From the NCBI GenBank assembly GCA_028826165.1, contig JAPDFW010000122.1, positions 62,001 through 126,000 on the forward strand: 64,000 bases of DNA, in the 5' to 3' direction. Origin of the DNA: Anaeramoeba ignava BMAN. Lineage: Eukaryota > Protista > Anaeramoebae. The position numbers and the translations under genes were made by a program. Numbering within the stretch: the first letter of the stretch is position 1; each line of letters starts with the position of its first letter. Below the pieces are notes generated by a model that saw only the letters and a program-made list of their open reading frames with translations, did not search any database and was not told where the DNA came from. Below, piece by piece: positions 1-11,309 of the stretch.

Positions 1-3000
1 TCCCAAATTAAAAACAGAAGAAGATTTAAAATTATTTGAAGAAACAATTCAACAATTTAAAAATGAATTTGAACAAAAAAAAAAGAAAGAAATTGAAGAA
101 TTTAAAGAATTTATTCAACAAAACAAAATTGAAAATGAAAATGAAAATTTAGAAAAAATTATTCAAGAAATAAAAAATAGAATTAAATTCCAAAAAAATA
201 AATATTTAGAAAAAATTGAAAAGAAAATTCAAGAAATTGAAATTAAAAATGAAAATTTAAATGAAATTGAAAAAATAATTCAAGATTTTAACAATGAAAT
301 TGAAAAAAGAAAAAATGAATTTTATTCAAAAATTGATCAAGAAATCAAAAATATTCAAAATGAAATTGAAAATCAAAAATTAAAAATAGAAATTCTTCAA
401 TCAACAGAAAAAACAATAAATTTTTTACAAGATCTTTCAAATTCAATTCAACAACAAGATAAAAGTAAATCAAACTCAAAAACAAAACAAAAGAAAATTT
501 AATTTAATTTAATTTAATTTAATTTAATATTTTTAAACCAAAAACAAAAGAAATAATTGAAATTGATATTCCTTTTATTGCCGAATGTATGAATAAATTT
601 CCAAATAATGAAATTATTCAAGAAAATGGATGTTTTATTTTACAAAAATTTGCAAAAGAAAATGAAGGTAAAATATTTATTTTTTTGAAACAATTTTTGA
701 ATAACAATATTAAAAATAATAATTGAAATTTTAAAGATAATCAAATAGAAATAAAAAAATTTAATGGATTTGAACCTCTTATAAATGTAATGAATAATTT
801 CCCAAATAATGAAGATATTCAAATAAAAGCATCTGAAGCTTTATTAATATTTTCAGGAGGATTAAAAAGTAAATTAATTTCTTTTTTTAACAAAATCATA
901 AATCAAAAATCATAAATCAAAAAAAAAAATGAATTATTTGCAAATTTAAATCTTTTTCTTTTTCTTCTTTCACAAAACAAAAAGGAGAAGAAATAGAAAA
1001 TCGGAAATTACAAGGAATTGAAATTTCTAAATTAAATGGAATTAAAACAATTATTAATACAATCAATAATTATCCAAATAATCAAATTATTCAAGAAAAA
1101 TCTATTTCAATTTTAATTAATATTGCAATTAATTCAGGTAAAAAAATTTATAAGAAAAAACAAATATTTATTTCCATAATTTTTACATTTCCAATTCTCA
1201 TCAAAAATTTTAAAAAATTTAATTTATAAAATGAAATGAGAAAATTAATTTCAATTTCAATTTCAAATTTATTTCCCAAAAAAAATATCAAAAAAATAGA
1301 AAACAGAATTGAAATTAGAAATTTAAAAGGAATTGAACCTATTATTAAATCAATGAATAATTTCCCAAATAATCAAGATATTCAAGAAAATGGATGTGGA
1401 GCTTTATTGAATATTGCTGTTGATAATGGTAAATAAAAAATAATCAAAAATCCAAATATTTTAATCAATTATTTATTATTAATTATTAATCAAAAAAAAT
1501 ATTTAATCAATTTCAATTTATTTCCAAAAAAATCCAAAAAAAATTAATTTCAATTTCAATTTATTTTCCAAAAAAAAATATCAAAAAAAATAGAAAACCA
1601 AATTGAAATTAGAAATTTAAAAGGAATTGAACCTATTATTAAATCAATGAATAATTTCCCAAATAATAAAGATATTCAAGAAAAAGGATGTTGGGCTTTA
1701 TCGAATATTGCTGTTGATAATGGTAAATAAAAAATAATCAAAAATCCAAATATTTTAATCAATTATTTATTATTAATTATTAATCAAAAAAAATATTTAA
1801 TTAATTTCGATTTATTTCCAAAAAAATCCAAAACAAATTAATTTCAATTTCAATTTCAATTTCAATTTCAATTTCAATTTATTTCCCAAAAAAATAGAAA
1901 ACCAAATTGAAATTAGAAATTTAAAAGGAATTGAACCTATTATTAAATCAATGAATAATTTCCCAAATAATCAAGATATTCAAGAAAAAGGATGTGGAGC
2001 TTTATTGAATATTGCTGTTGATAATGGTAAATAAAAATCAAAAATCAAATAAAATTATAAATTAAAATATTTTAATCAATTATTTATTATTAATTATTAA
2101 TCAAAAAAAATATTTAATCAATTTCAATTTATTTCCAAAAAAATCCAAAAAAAATTAATCCAATTTCAATTTCAAATTTATTTCCCAAAAAAAATATCAA
2201 ATAAAAATAGAAAACCGAATTGAAATTAAAAATTTAAAAGGAATTGAACCTATTATTAAATCAATGAATAATTTCCCAAATAATCAAGATATTCAAAAAC
2301 AAGGATGTTGGGCTTTATTGAATATTGCTGTTAATAATGGTAATTAAAAAATAATCAAAAATCCAAATATTTTAATCAATTATTTATTATTAATTATTAA
2401 TCAAAAAAATATTTAATTAATTTCAATTTATTTCCAAAAATCCAAAAAAAAATTGATTTCAATTTCAATTTATTTCCAAAAAAATAGAAAACAAAATTGA
2501 AATTAGAAATTTAAAAGGAATTGAACCTATTATTAAATCAATGAATAATTTCCCAAATAATCAAGATATTCAAGAAAAAGGATGTTGGGCTTTATCGAAT
2601 ATTGCTGTTGATAATGGTAAATAAAAAATAATCAAAAATCCAAATATTTTAATCAATTATTTATTATTAATTATTAATCAAAAAAATATTTAATTAATTT
2701 CAATTTATTTCCAAAAAAATCCAAAAAAATTAATTTCAATTTCAATTTCAATTTCAATTTATTTCCAAATAAATAGAAAACCAAATTGAAATTAGAAATT
2801 TAAAAGGAATTAAACCTATTATTAAATCAATGAATAATTTCCCAAATAATCAAGATATTCAAAAACAAGGATGTTGGGCTTTAAATAATCTGTCTTTTAA
2901 TGATGGTAATTAAAAAATAATCAAAAATCCAAATATTTTAATCAATTATTTATTATTAATTATTAATCAAAAAATATTTAATCAATTTCAATTTATTTCC

Positions 3001-4096
3001 AAAAAAATCCAAAAAAATTAATTTCAATTTCAATTTCAATTTCAATTTATTTTCAAAAAAATAGAAAACAATATTGAAATTAGAAATTTAAAAGGAATTA
3101 AACCTATTATTAAATCAATGAATAATTTCCCAAATAATCAAGATATTCAAAAACAAGGATGTGGAGCTTTATTGAATATTGCTGTTGATAATGGTAATTA
3201 AAAATCAAAAATCAAATAAAATTATAAATTAAAATATTTTAATCAATTATTTATTATTAATTATTAATCAAAAAAATATTTAATTAATTTCAATTTATTT
3301 CCAAAAAAATCCAAAAAAATTAATTTCAATTTCAATTTCAATTTCAATTTATTTCCAAATAAATAGAAAACCAAATTGAAATTAGAAATTTAAAAGGAAT
3401 TAAACCTATTATTAAATCAATGAATAATTTCCCAAATAATCAAGATATTCAAAAAAAAGGATGTTGGGCTTTAAAGAATCTATCTTTTAATGATGGTAAA
3501 TAAAAAATAATCAAAAATCTAAATATTTTAATTAATTATTTATTATTAATTATTAATCAAAAAAATATTTAATTAATTTCAATTTATTTCCAAAAAAATC
3601 CAAAAAAAAATTAATTTCAATTTCAATTTCAATTTCAATTTCAATTTCAATTTATTTCCCAAAAAAATAGAAAACAAAATTGAAATTAGAAATTTAAAAG
3701 GAATTGAACCTATTATTAAATCAATGAATAATTTCCCAAATAATAAAGATATTCAAAAACAAGGATGTTGGGCTTTATCGAATATTGCTGCTAATGATAA
3801 TGGTAAATAAAAATAAAAAACAAATAAAATTATAAATTAAAATATTTTAATCAATTATTTACTATTAATTATTAATCAAAAAAATATTTAATTAATTTCA
3901 ATTTATTTCCAAAAAAATTCAAAAAATTAATTTCAATTTCAATTTATTTTCCAAAAAAATAGAAAACAAAATTGAAATTAGAAATTTAAAAGGAATTGAA
4001 TCTATTATTAATGCAATGAATAATTTCCCAAAGAATCAAATTATTCAACGAAAAGGGAAATATGCTTTAAAAAATTCAATTGAATCTTTTAAATAA
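1..4096 (+). CDS. Armadillo-repeat protein with N-terminal coiled coil, 5' partial, multi-exon
   Basis: Manual splicing. Coiled-coil exon <1-464, then ARM exons 551-667, 737-868, ~985/997-1137, 1300-1428, 1594-1722, 1898-2026, 2211-2339, 2488-2616, 2777-2905, 3065-3193, 3367-3495, 3671-3802, 3963-4096 (TAA). All introns are phase-1 GT-AG. Unit ENQIEIRNLKGIEPIIKSMNNFPNNQDIQEKGCWALSNIAVDN is an ARM consensus (helix-3 W-x-x-x-N). Confidence 0.85.
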
Positions 4097-4098
4097 TG
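1138..4098 (+). repeat. Tandem exon+intron repeat, 10 units of about 280-315 bp, one ARM repeat per exon
   Basis: Near-identical 129-nt exons (one 132 nt) separated by near-identical introns (gtaaataaaaaataatcaaaaatcc...atttcc(a)ntag). Confidence 0.95.
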
Positions 4099-4464
4099 GT
4101 AAATAAAAATAAAAAAAAATCAAAAAATTATTTTCTGATTTTTCAATTATTTTTTATTAATCAAAAATGGAATAAATTAATGATTTAATTTAATATTTTT
4201 CATTTCAAAAATAAAAAGAAAATAATCAATCAAAAATAAAAGATTGAATGGAAAGAAATCAATCAATCAAAAATCAATGAATCAATTCCCAAATAATCAA
4301 GATATTCAAGAAAAGGAAAATGGACTTTAGAAAAATTACAAAACAATTAAAATCAAATCAATTTTCATTTTTAAAATTTAAAATTTTTTGATTTCTTTTC
4401 TTTTTAAAATCAAATTCAAAAAAAAAAAAATTAAAAATTATTTAATAATTTTTCAAATATTTTT

Positions 4465-5029
4465 CAAAATCAATCAATTAATTCAATCAATTAATCAATC
4501 AATCAATCAAATCAATCAATTCAATCAATCAATCAATTAATAATTGTAATAATCAATCACCAAATCAATCAATGCTTAAAATAAATTTTAAAATCAATCT
4601 TAAAAATCAGAAAATCAATCAATCAATTTAAAAAACCACCAATCAATCAATTTTAAAAAATTTTAAAATCAATCTTAAAATAAATTTTAAAATCAAATTT
4701 AAAAAAAATCAATCAATCAATCAATTTTAAAATCAATCAATCAATCAATCAAAAATAAAAATCCAATCATTAACACTAAAATTCAAAATAAATAAAATCA
4801 ATTTAAAAAATCAATTAAAATCAATTTTAAAAATTACCTAAAATAAAATAAAATAAATTACCAAAACCAATCAATCAATTGGTAATTAATAATCAACTAA
4901 TCAATAATCAATAAATCCATCAATCAATCAATCAATCAATCAATCAAATTAAATCAAATCAAATCAATCAATCAATCAAAAAATAAAATCAAAAAATCAA
5001 AATAAATCAATCAATCTTAAAATCAAATG

Positions 5030-5098
<69 letters not shown>

Positions 5099-5155
5099 CA
5101 ATCAATTTAAAATCAATCAATCAATCTTAAAATCAATCTTTAAAATCAATCTTAA
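4465..5155. repeat. Degenerate (AATC)n microsatellite
   Basis: Runs of aatcaatcaatc between two convergent genes. Confidence 0.85.
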
Positions 5156-5450
5156 AAATTTAAAAAAATGGAAAAAAGAAAAATAGATGAAATTGGAATT
5201 GGAATTTAAATGTAAATTTAATTTAAAAAATTTGATTGATTGAAAGAAAAAAAAATAAAAGAGAAAACAAAAAAAAAGTTGATGCTTGCAAAATCAATCT
5301 TTTCCTTCTTTGATTTACAAAATCAATAATAAACTATTCCAAATAAAAGAGAAAGAGAAAGAAAAAGAAAAAGAAAAAGGAAAAAAAAAAGGAAAAAGTT
5401 TCCAAATTGTTAAATGTGAGAAAATCACAAATTTCAATGATCTATTTTAA

Positions 5451-7966
5451 TTATTTATAATCATGAATGGAAAAATGAGCTTTAAATAAAGTGGCAGTTT
5501 TTTGCTCTTTTCTTTGTTCTTTGAGTCTTTTTCTTTCTTCTTGTCTTCTTTTCCAAGCTTCATCATCCATTTGTTTTGGTTCATTTTGTTCTATTTGCAT
5601 ATTTTGATTTTGATTTTGATTTTGAATTTGATTTTGAATTTGATTTTCTTGTTTTGGTAATTGTGAATCATTTTTGAATTGGAATTCTTTTGCTTGTTTT
5701 TGTTTGAGTTCTTGTTTAATTTGGTCTTCTTTTGTTTTTTTTTGGAGTTCTGACCAAAGATCGTCTTCTTCGTTATCTTGGTTGTTTTCGACTTTTTGCT
5801 CATCAATTTCGATTGATTTGGGATCGTTGAAAAGAACTGGAGATTCGACTAAAGTTTTCCACCCGTCAGTATTGACAACACGGGGGATTATTTTATGTTC
5901 TGTTTGACCAAAAGCTTCGACAAAAAGTGAATGTGATTGGATTTCCTCATTGGGTTTAATTTCTAGTGAATTTTTTTCAAAATGTTCTTGTGGAGAAGTT
6001 TCGGGAGCTTCATCGCCAAGTATACTATCAATTACTTGGGATGGATTTTCTTTGGTTTGGAAATACATTTCCACACAGCGGTTTAATAAACACCATGTTT
6101 TTTGATTTAATGAATCAATGTGAATATTGATTTCTTGTGTTGATTCTTGGTTGGTTTGATTGTGTATTTGGTAGCTGTCTCCCATTCCTTCCTTGAGGAT
6201 TTCGGAAATGAGATCTTCTGGCATATTTTCCAGTTGCGAAAGGGTTGAATTTTTTTCCTCGTTTGTTAAATCGCGAATTTGCAGATTTTTGATTAATTTT
6301 TGGGTAATTTTGCGAATTCTTCGTGATTCTTTCCATGCAATTCGACGCTCATTTGTTGTAGATTTCGAGCGGGTTATGATTTGTTTTCTGTTTGATTTTT
6401 CTTCCTGTGTTTTTTGTTGTTTGGTTGCTTTTTGGTTAAATAATGTGTCCAAAGTCTGTTTTAATTGAATTAGTGATGGATTGCTTGAAATTTCGTGAAA
6501 AAGTTGTTTTTGGCCTTGGTTTGGTGTTTGGGAATATAATTGCTTGGTGATTTGAAGCTGGTATGATAGGTATAGTAATGATGATGTTAGTTGTTGGATT
6601 AGCATCAATGATTCTTGAAGTTTTTGCTTTGTTTGTAATTGTTTTTCTTTTTGTTTTTCGATTTCTTTTTGTTTTTCTATTTCCATTTGTTTTTGTTTTT
6701 TTTCTTTTTGCTTTTGTCTTTTTAGTTTCTGTTTTTGTTTCTGTTGTTTTTGTTTTTGTTTTTGTTTCTGTTTTTGTTTGTGTTTTTGTTTGCGTTTTTG
6801 TTTGTGTTTTTGTTTGTGTTTTTGCGTGATTTTTCTTTTTCTTTTTCTTTTTCTTTTTCTTTTTCTAAAGAAGTTATTTCATAATTGCCAAGATTTTCTA
6901 TTTTAATTTCTTCAGTATTTGAGTTATCTTGGAGTTGTTTTGATTTAAAATTTCTGGTTTGTTTAGAAATTGATGTTTCTGAAGGGTTGTTGATAATTAA
7001 ATTATTATTTTGAATTTGATTTAAATTATTATTTTGAATTTGATTTAAATTATTATTTTGAATTTGATTTAAATTATTTTGATTTAAATTATTTTGATTT
7101 TGAATTTGATTTTGAATTTGAATTTGATTTTGATTTTGGATTTGATTTTGATTTTGGATTTGATTTTGATTTTGATTTTGATTTTGATTTTGATTTTGAT
7201 TTTGATTTAAATTTTCAATTTCAATTTCATCTTCACTTTCATCTTCATCTTCACTTTCATCTTCATCTTCATCTTCACTTTCATCTTCATCATCTTCATC
7301 ATCTTCATCATCTTCATCATCTTCATCTTGATTTTCAATAAATTTTTCAATTTCATCCTCAAGATTTCCATTTTCATTTTCATTTTCAAATTTAATTTCA
7401 TTTTCATTTTCATTTTCATTTTCATTTTCAAATTTAATTTCATTTTGATTTAAATTTAAATTTAAATTTTGAAATGGAAATTGATTCTGATTCAATTTTA
7501 ATTTATATTCACTTATTTTTTTCTTCAAATCTGGTAAAAGTTTTTCAAATTGTGTTTGTAATTGAACAGCACAATTATAACCCCAAGAATTTCTTTCATT
7601 AAAATATTTTGCATTAGAAATTATCAAGTGAAAATCAGCAGAAAATTCTTTAATTTTTTTATATTGATTTGCTTTTGTTTTGTTTCTCATTGTTTGTAAA
7701 TCCATTGGATTTTTTATAACAGAATAATATCTTGGAATTTTATATTTTTTCACATCAACAGCTTCTCTAAAAGGTTCTGCACAATCATATTTCTTCAAAC
7801 GTTGTAATAGTTTTAAACATTCTTTAATTTTTTTTTGTTCAATTTTTTGTTCTTTTGTTTGTATGTTTTTTTCTTTTGTTTTCATTTTTTTTAAATCTTG
7901 ATTTATTAAAAAATCATTTGTTGTTTCTTTTTCGTTTATTTTGTTTTGGTTTGTTTCATTTTGCAT
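5451..7966 (-). CDS. Bromodomain + extra-terminal (BET/GTE family) protein; one apparent frameshift near 6820
   Basis: ORF 6722-7966 carries a bromodomain (AEPFREAVD...YYSVIKNPMDL...NAKYFN). ORF 5451-6686 carries an ET domain (LTNEEKNSTLSQLENM...INIHIDSLNQKTW). Adding one base in the homopolymer at ~6819-6823 joins them (...SRKKHKQKHKQ...). Confidence 0.8.
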
Positions 7967-8359
7967 TTGGTTTGTGATTTCTTGTGTGTTTTTTTGTTGG
8001 AATTGTTCTGGTTTTTGTCTTTTTTTTCTTAAATTTTTTTTGCGTTGATTTGTTCTTTTAATTTAATTTTTTAATTTAATTTTTTAATTTAATTTTTTAA
8101 TCAATTATTTAAATAACACTTACAATTCTTCTTCAATCATATTTTTATTAAATTTTATTTTATTCTTATTAAATAAAAACAAACAACAAAACAAAAGAAA
8201 AAGAAAAAAAAAAAAAAAGAAATTAAAAAAAATTTTTTTCTATTTTATTATTTTTCATTTTTTTTTTCAATTTTTTTCTCCTTTTAATTTATTTTATTTA
8301 TTTAAAACAAAAAAAGGGGAATTTTCTTTAAATTAAAAAATTAAATTAAATTAAAAAAA

Positions 8360-11169
8360 ATGTCAGATTTAGATGAATATTATGAATCTGAACAAGATCT
8401 TGAAGAAAAAGTTGAAAAACTTGCAGAATTAATAAAAAAATCTCAATATATTGTAGTTTTTACAGGAGCAGGAATATCAACAGCAGCAGGAATTCCAGAT
8501 TATAGAGGACCAAGAGGTAAACAAATTATATACAAAATTATTTATAAAATTATTTATAAAATTATTTATAAAATTAAATATAAAATTAAATATAAAATTA
8601 TATATAAAATTATTTATAAAATTATTTATAAAATTATTTATAAAATTATTTATAAAATTATTTATAAAATTATTTATAAAATTAAATATAAAATTAAATA
8701 TAAAATTATTTATAAAATTATTTATAAAATTAAATATAAAATTAAATATAAAATTATTTATAAAATTATTTATAAAATTAAATATAAAATTATTTATAAA
8801 ATTATTTATAAAATTATTTATAAAATTAAATATAAAATTATTTATAAAATTATTTATAAAATTATTTATAAAATTAAATATAAAATTATTTATAAAATTA
8901 TTTATAAAATTATTTATAAAATTATTTATAAAATTATTTATAAAATTAAATATAAAATTATTTATAAAATTATTTATAAAATTAAATATAAAATTAAATA
9001 TAAAATTAAATATAAAATTATTTATTAAATTAAATATAAAATTATTTATTAAATTATTTATAAAATTAAAAATAAAATTAATTATAAAATTATTTATAAA
9101 ATTATTTATAAAATTATTTATAAAATTATTTATAAAATTAAATATAAAATTAAATATAAAATTATATATAAAATTATTTATAAAGTTATTTATAAAATTA
9201 ATTATAAAATTATTTATTAAATTAATTATAAAATTATTTATAAAATTATTTATAAAATTAAATATAAAATTATTTATAAAATTATATATAAAATTATTTA
9301 TAAAATTATTTATAAAATTAAATATAAAATTAAATATAAAATTATTTATAAAATTATTTATAAAATTATTTATAAAATTATTTATAAAATTAAATATAAA
9401 ATTAAATATAAAATTAGATATAAAATTATTTATAAAATTATATAAAAATTATTTATAAAATTAATTATAAAATTATTTATAAAATTATTTTATAAAATTA
9501 TTTATTAAATTAATTATAAAATTAATTATAAAATTATAAAATTATTTATAAAATTATTTATAAAATTATTTATAAAATTATTTATAAAATTATAAATAAA
9601 ATTATTAATAAAATTATTTATAAAATTATTTATAAAATTATTTATAAAATTATTATAAAATTATTTATAAAATTAAATATAAAATTAAATATAAAATTAT
9701 TTATAAAATTATTTTATAAAATTATTTATAAAATTATTTATAAAATTATTTATAAAATTATTTATTAAAATTATTTATAAAATTAAATTATTTATAAAAT
9801 TATTTATAAAATTATTTATAAAATTATTTATAAAATTATTTATAAAATTATTTATAAAATTATTTATAAAATTATTTATAAAATTATTAATAAAATTATT
9901 AATAAAATTATTTATAAAATTATTTATAAAATTAATTATAAAATTAAATATAAAATTAAATATAAAATTAATTATAAAATTAAATATAAAAATTATTTAT
10001 AAAATTATTTATAAAATTATTTATAAAATTATTTATTAAATTAAATATAAAATTAAATATAAAATTATTTTATAAAATTAAAATTTATAAAATTATTTAT
10101 TAAATTATTTATAAAATTATTTATAAAATTATTTATAAAATTATTTATAAAATTATTTATAAAATTATTTATAAAATTATTTATAAAATTATTTATAAAA
10201 TTATTTATAAAATTATTTATAAAATTATTTATAAAATTATTTATAAAATTATTTATAAAATTAAATATAAAATTAAATATAAAATTAATTATAAAATTAA
10301 ATATAAAATTATTTATAAAATTAATTATAAAATTATTTATAAAATTATTTATAAAATTATTTATAAAATTATTTATAAAATTAAATATAAAATTAAATAT
10401 AAAATTATTTATAAAATTATTTATTAAAATTATTTATTAAAATTAAATATTAAATTATTTTATTATTTTTTAAGGTGTTTGGACTTGTATTAATAAAGGA
10501 GAAGAACCACCAATTTCTAAACTTTGGGATGAAATTCAACCAACTTTAACACATATGGCAATTAAAAAATTAGTAGATTATGATATAGTGAAATATATAA
10601 TATCACAAAACACGGATAATTTACATTTACAAAGTGGAATACCAATTTCCAAAATAAGTGAAATGCATGGAAACGGAAAAAAAGAATATTGTTCAAAATG
10701 CAAAAAGATTTTCTACAGATCTTTTCCTGTTCGAGATCCAGACGCAAGTAAACATAAAACAGGTAGATTTTGTGAAGATTGCGGAGGTGAACTTTTTGAT
10801 TCTATTGTTGATTTTGGAGATAAACTTCCACAACTTGATCTAAATAGAGCTTTTGAACATTCTAAAAAAGCAGATCTTGTTATTGTTCTTGGATCTTCTC
10901 TTCAAGTTTCTCCTACTTCTGAAATGCCTCTTTATACTCTTGAAAATGACAAAAATCCTGGAAATTTAGTTATTGTTAATTTACAAGTTACTCCAAAAGA
11001 TCAATTTGCTTCTCTTAAAATTTTTGCTGAATCTGATATTGTTATGAAATTATTAATGAAAAAACTTGGAATTCATTTTGAATTATGGGATGAATTAGAA
11101 GAACAAAATAAACAAAATCAAACAAATGAATCAAATGAATCAAATGAAACAAATGAAAATCAAAAATAA
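8360..11169 (+). CDS. NAD-dependent deacylase, class IV sirtuin (SIRT6/SIRT7-like)
   Basis: Exons 8360-8516 and 10475-11169. Motifs [44 protein letters not shown], two CxxC zinc pairs, LGSSLQV, IVNLQ. Confidence 0.93.
8517..10474 (+). repeat. 1958-nt sirtuin intron filled by 12-bp satellite (AAAATTATTTAT and variants)
   Basis: GT at 8517 and AG at 10473-10474 join RGPR-G-VWT in frame; the interior is tandem 12-mer. Confidence 0.93.
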
Positions 11170-11309
11170 ATTTTAAAAAGTTTTTATCACTTTATGAAAA
11201 AAATTTTCCATCATTTTGTTTTCGGAAAATTTACGTAAATAAGAAAAGAATCTAAATTTGTATTTATTTTTTTATTTCCTTTTATTTCCTTTTCTTTTGT
11301 TTTTTCCTT

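Noticed and set aside
1300-4098. CRISPR-like repeat-spacer array
   Set aside because: Units are about 300 bp, the 'spacers' are themselves near-identical introns, and the repeats are spliceable coding exons; no cas genes.
8517-9028. (IIYK)n extension of the sirtuin ORF
   Set aside because: Read-through into a satellite intron; splicing to 10475 restores the conserved RGPxGVWT motif.
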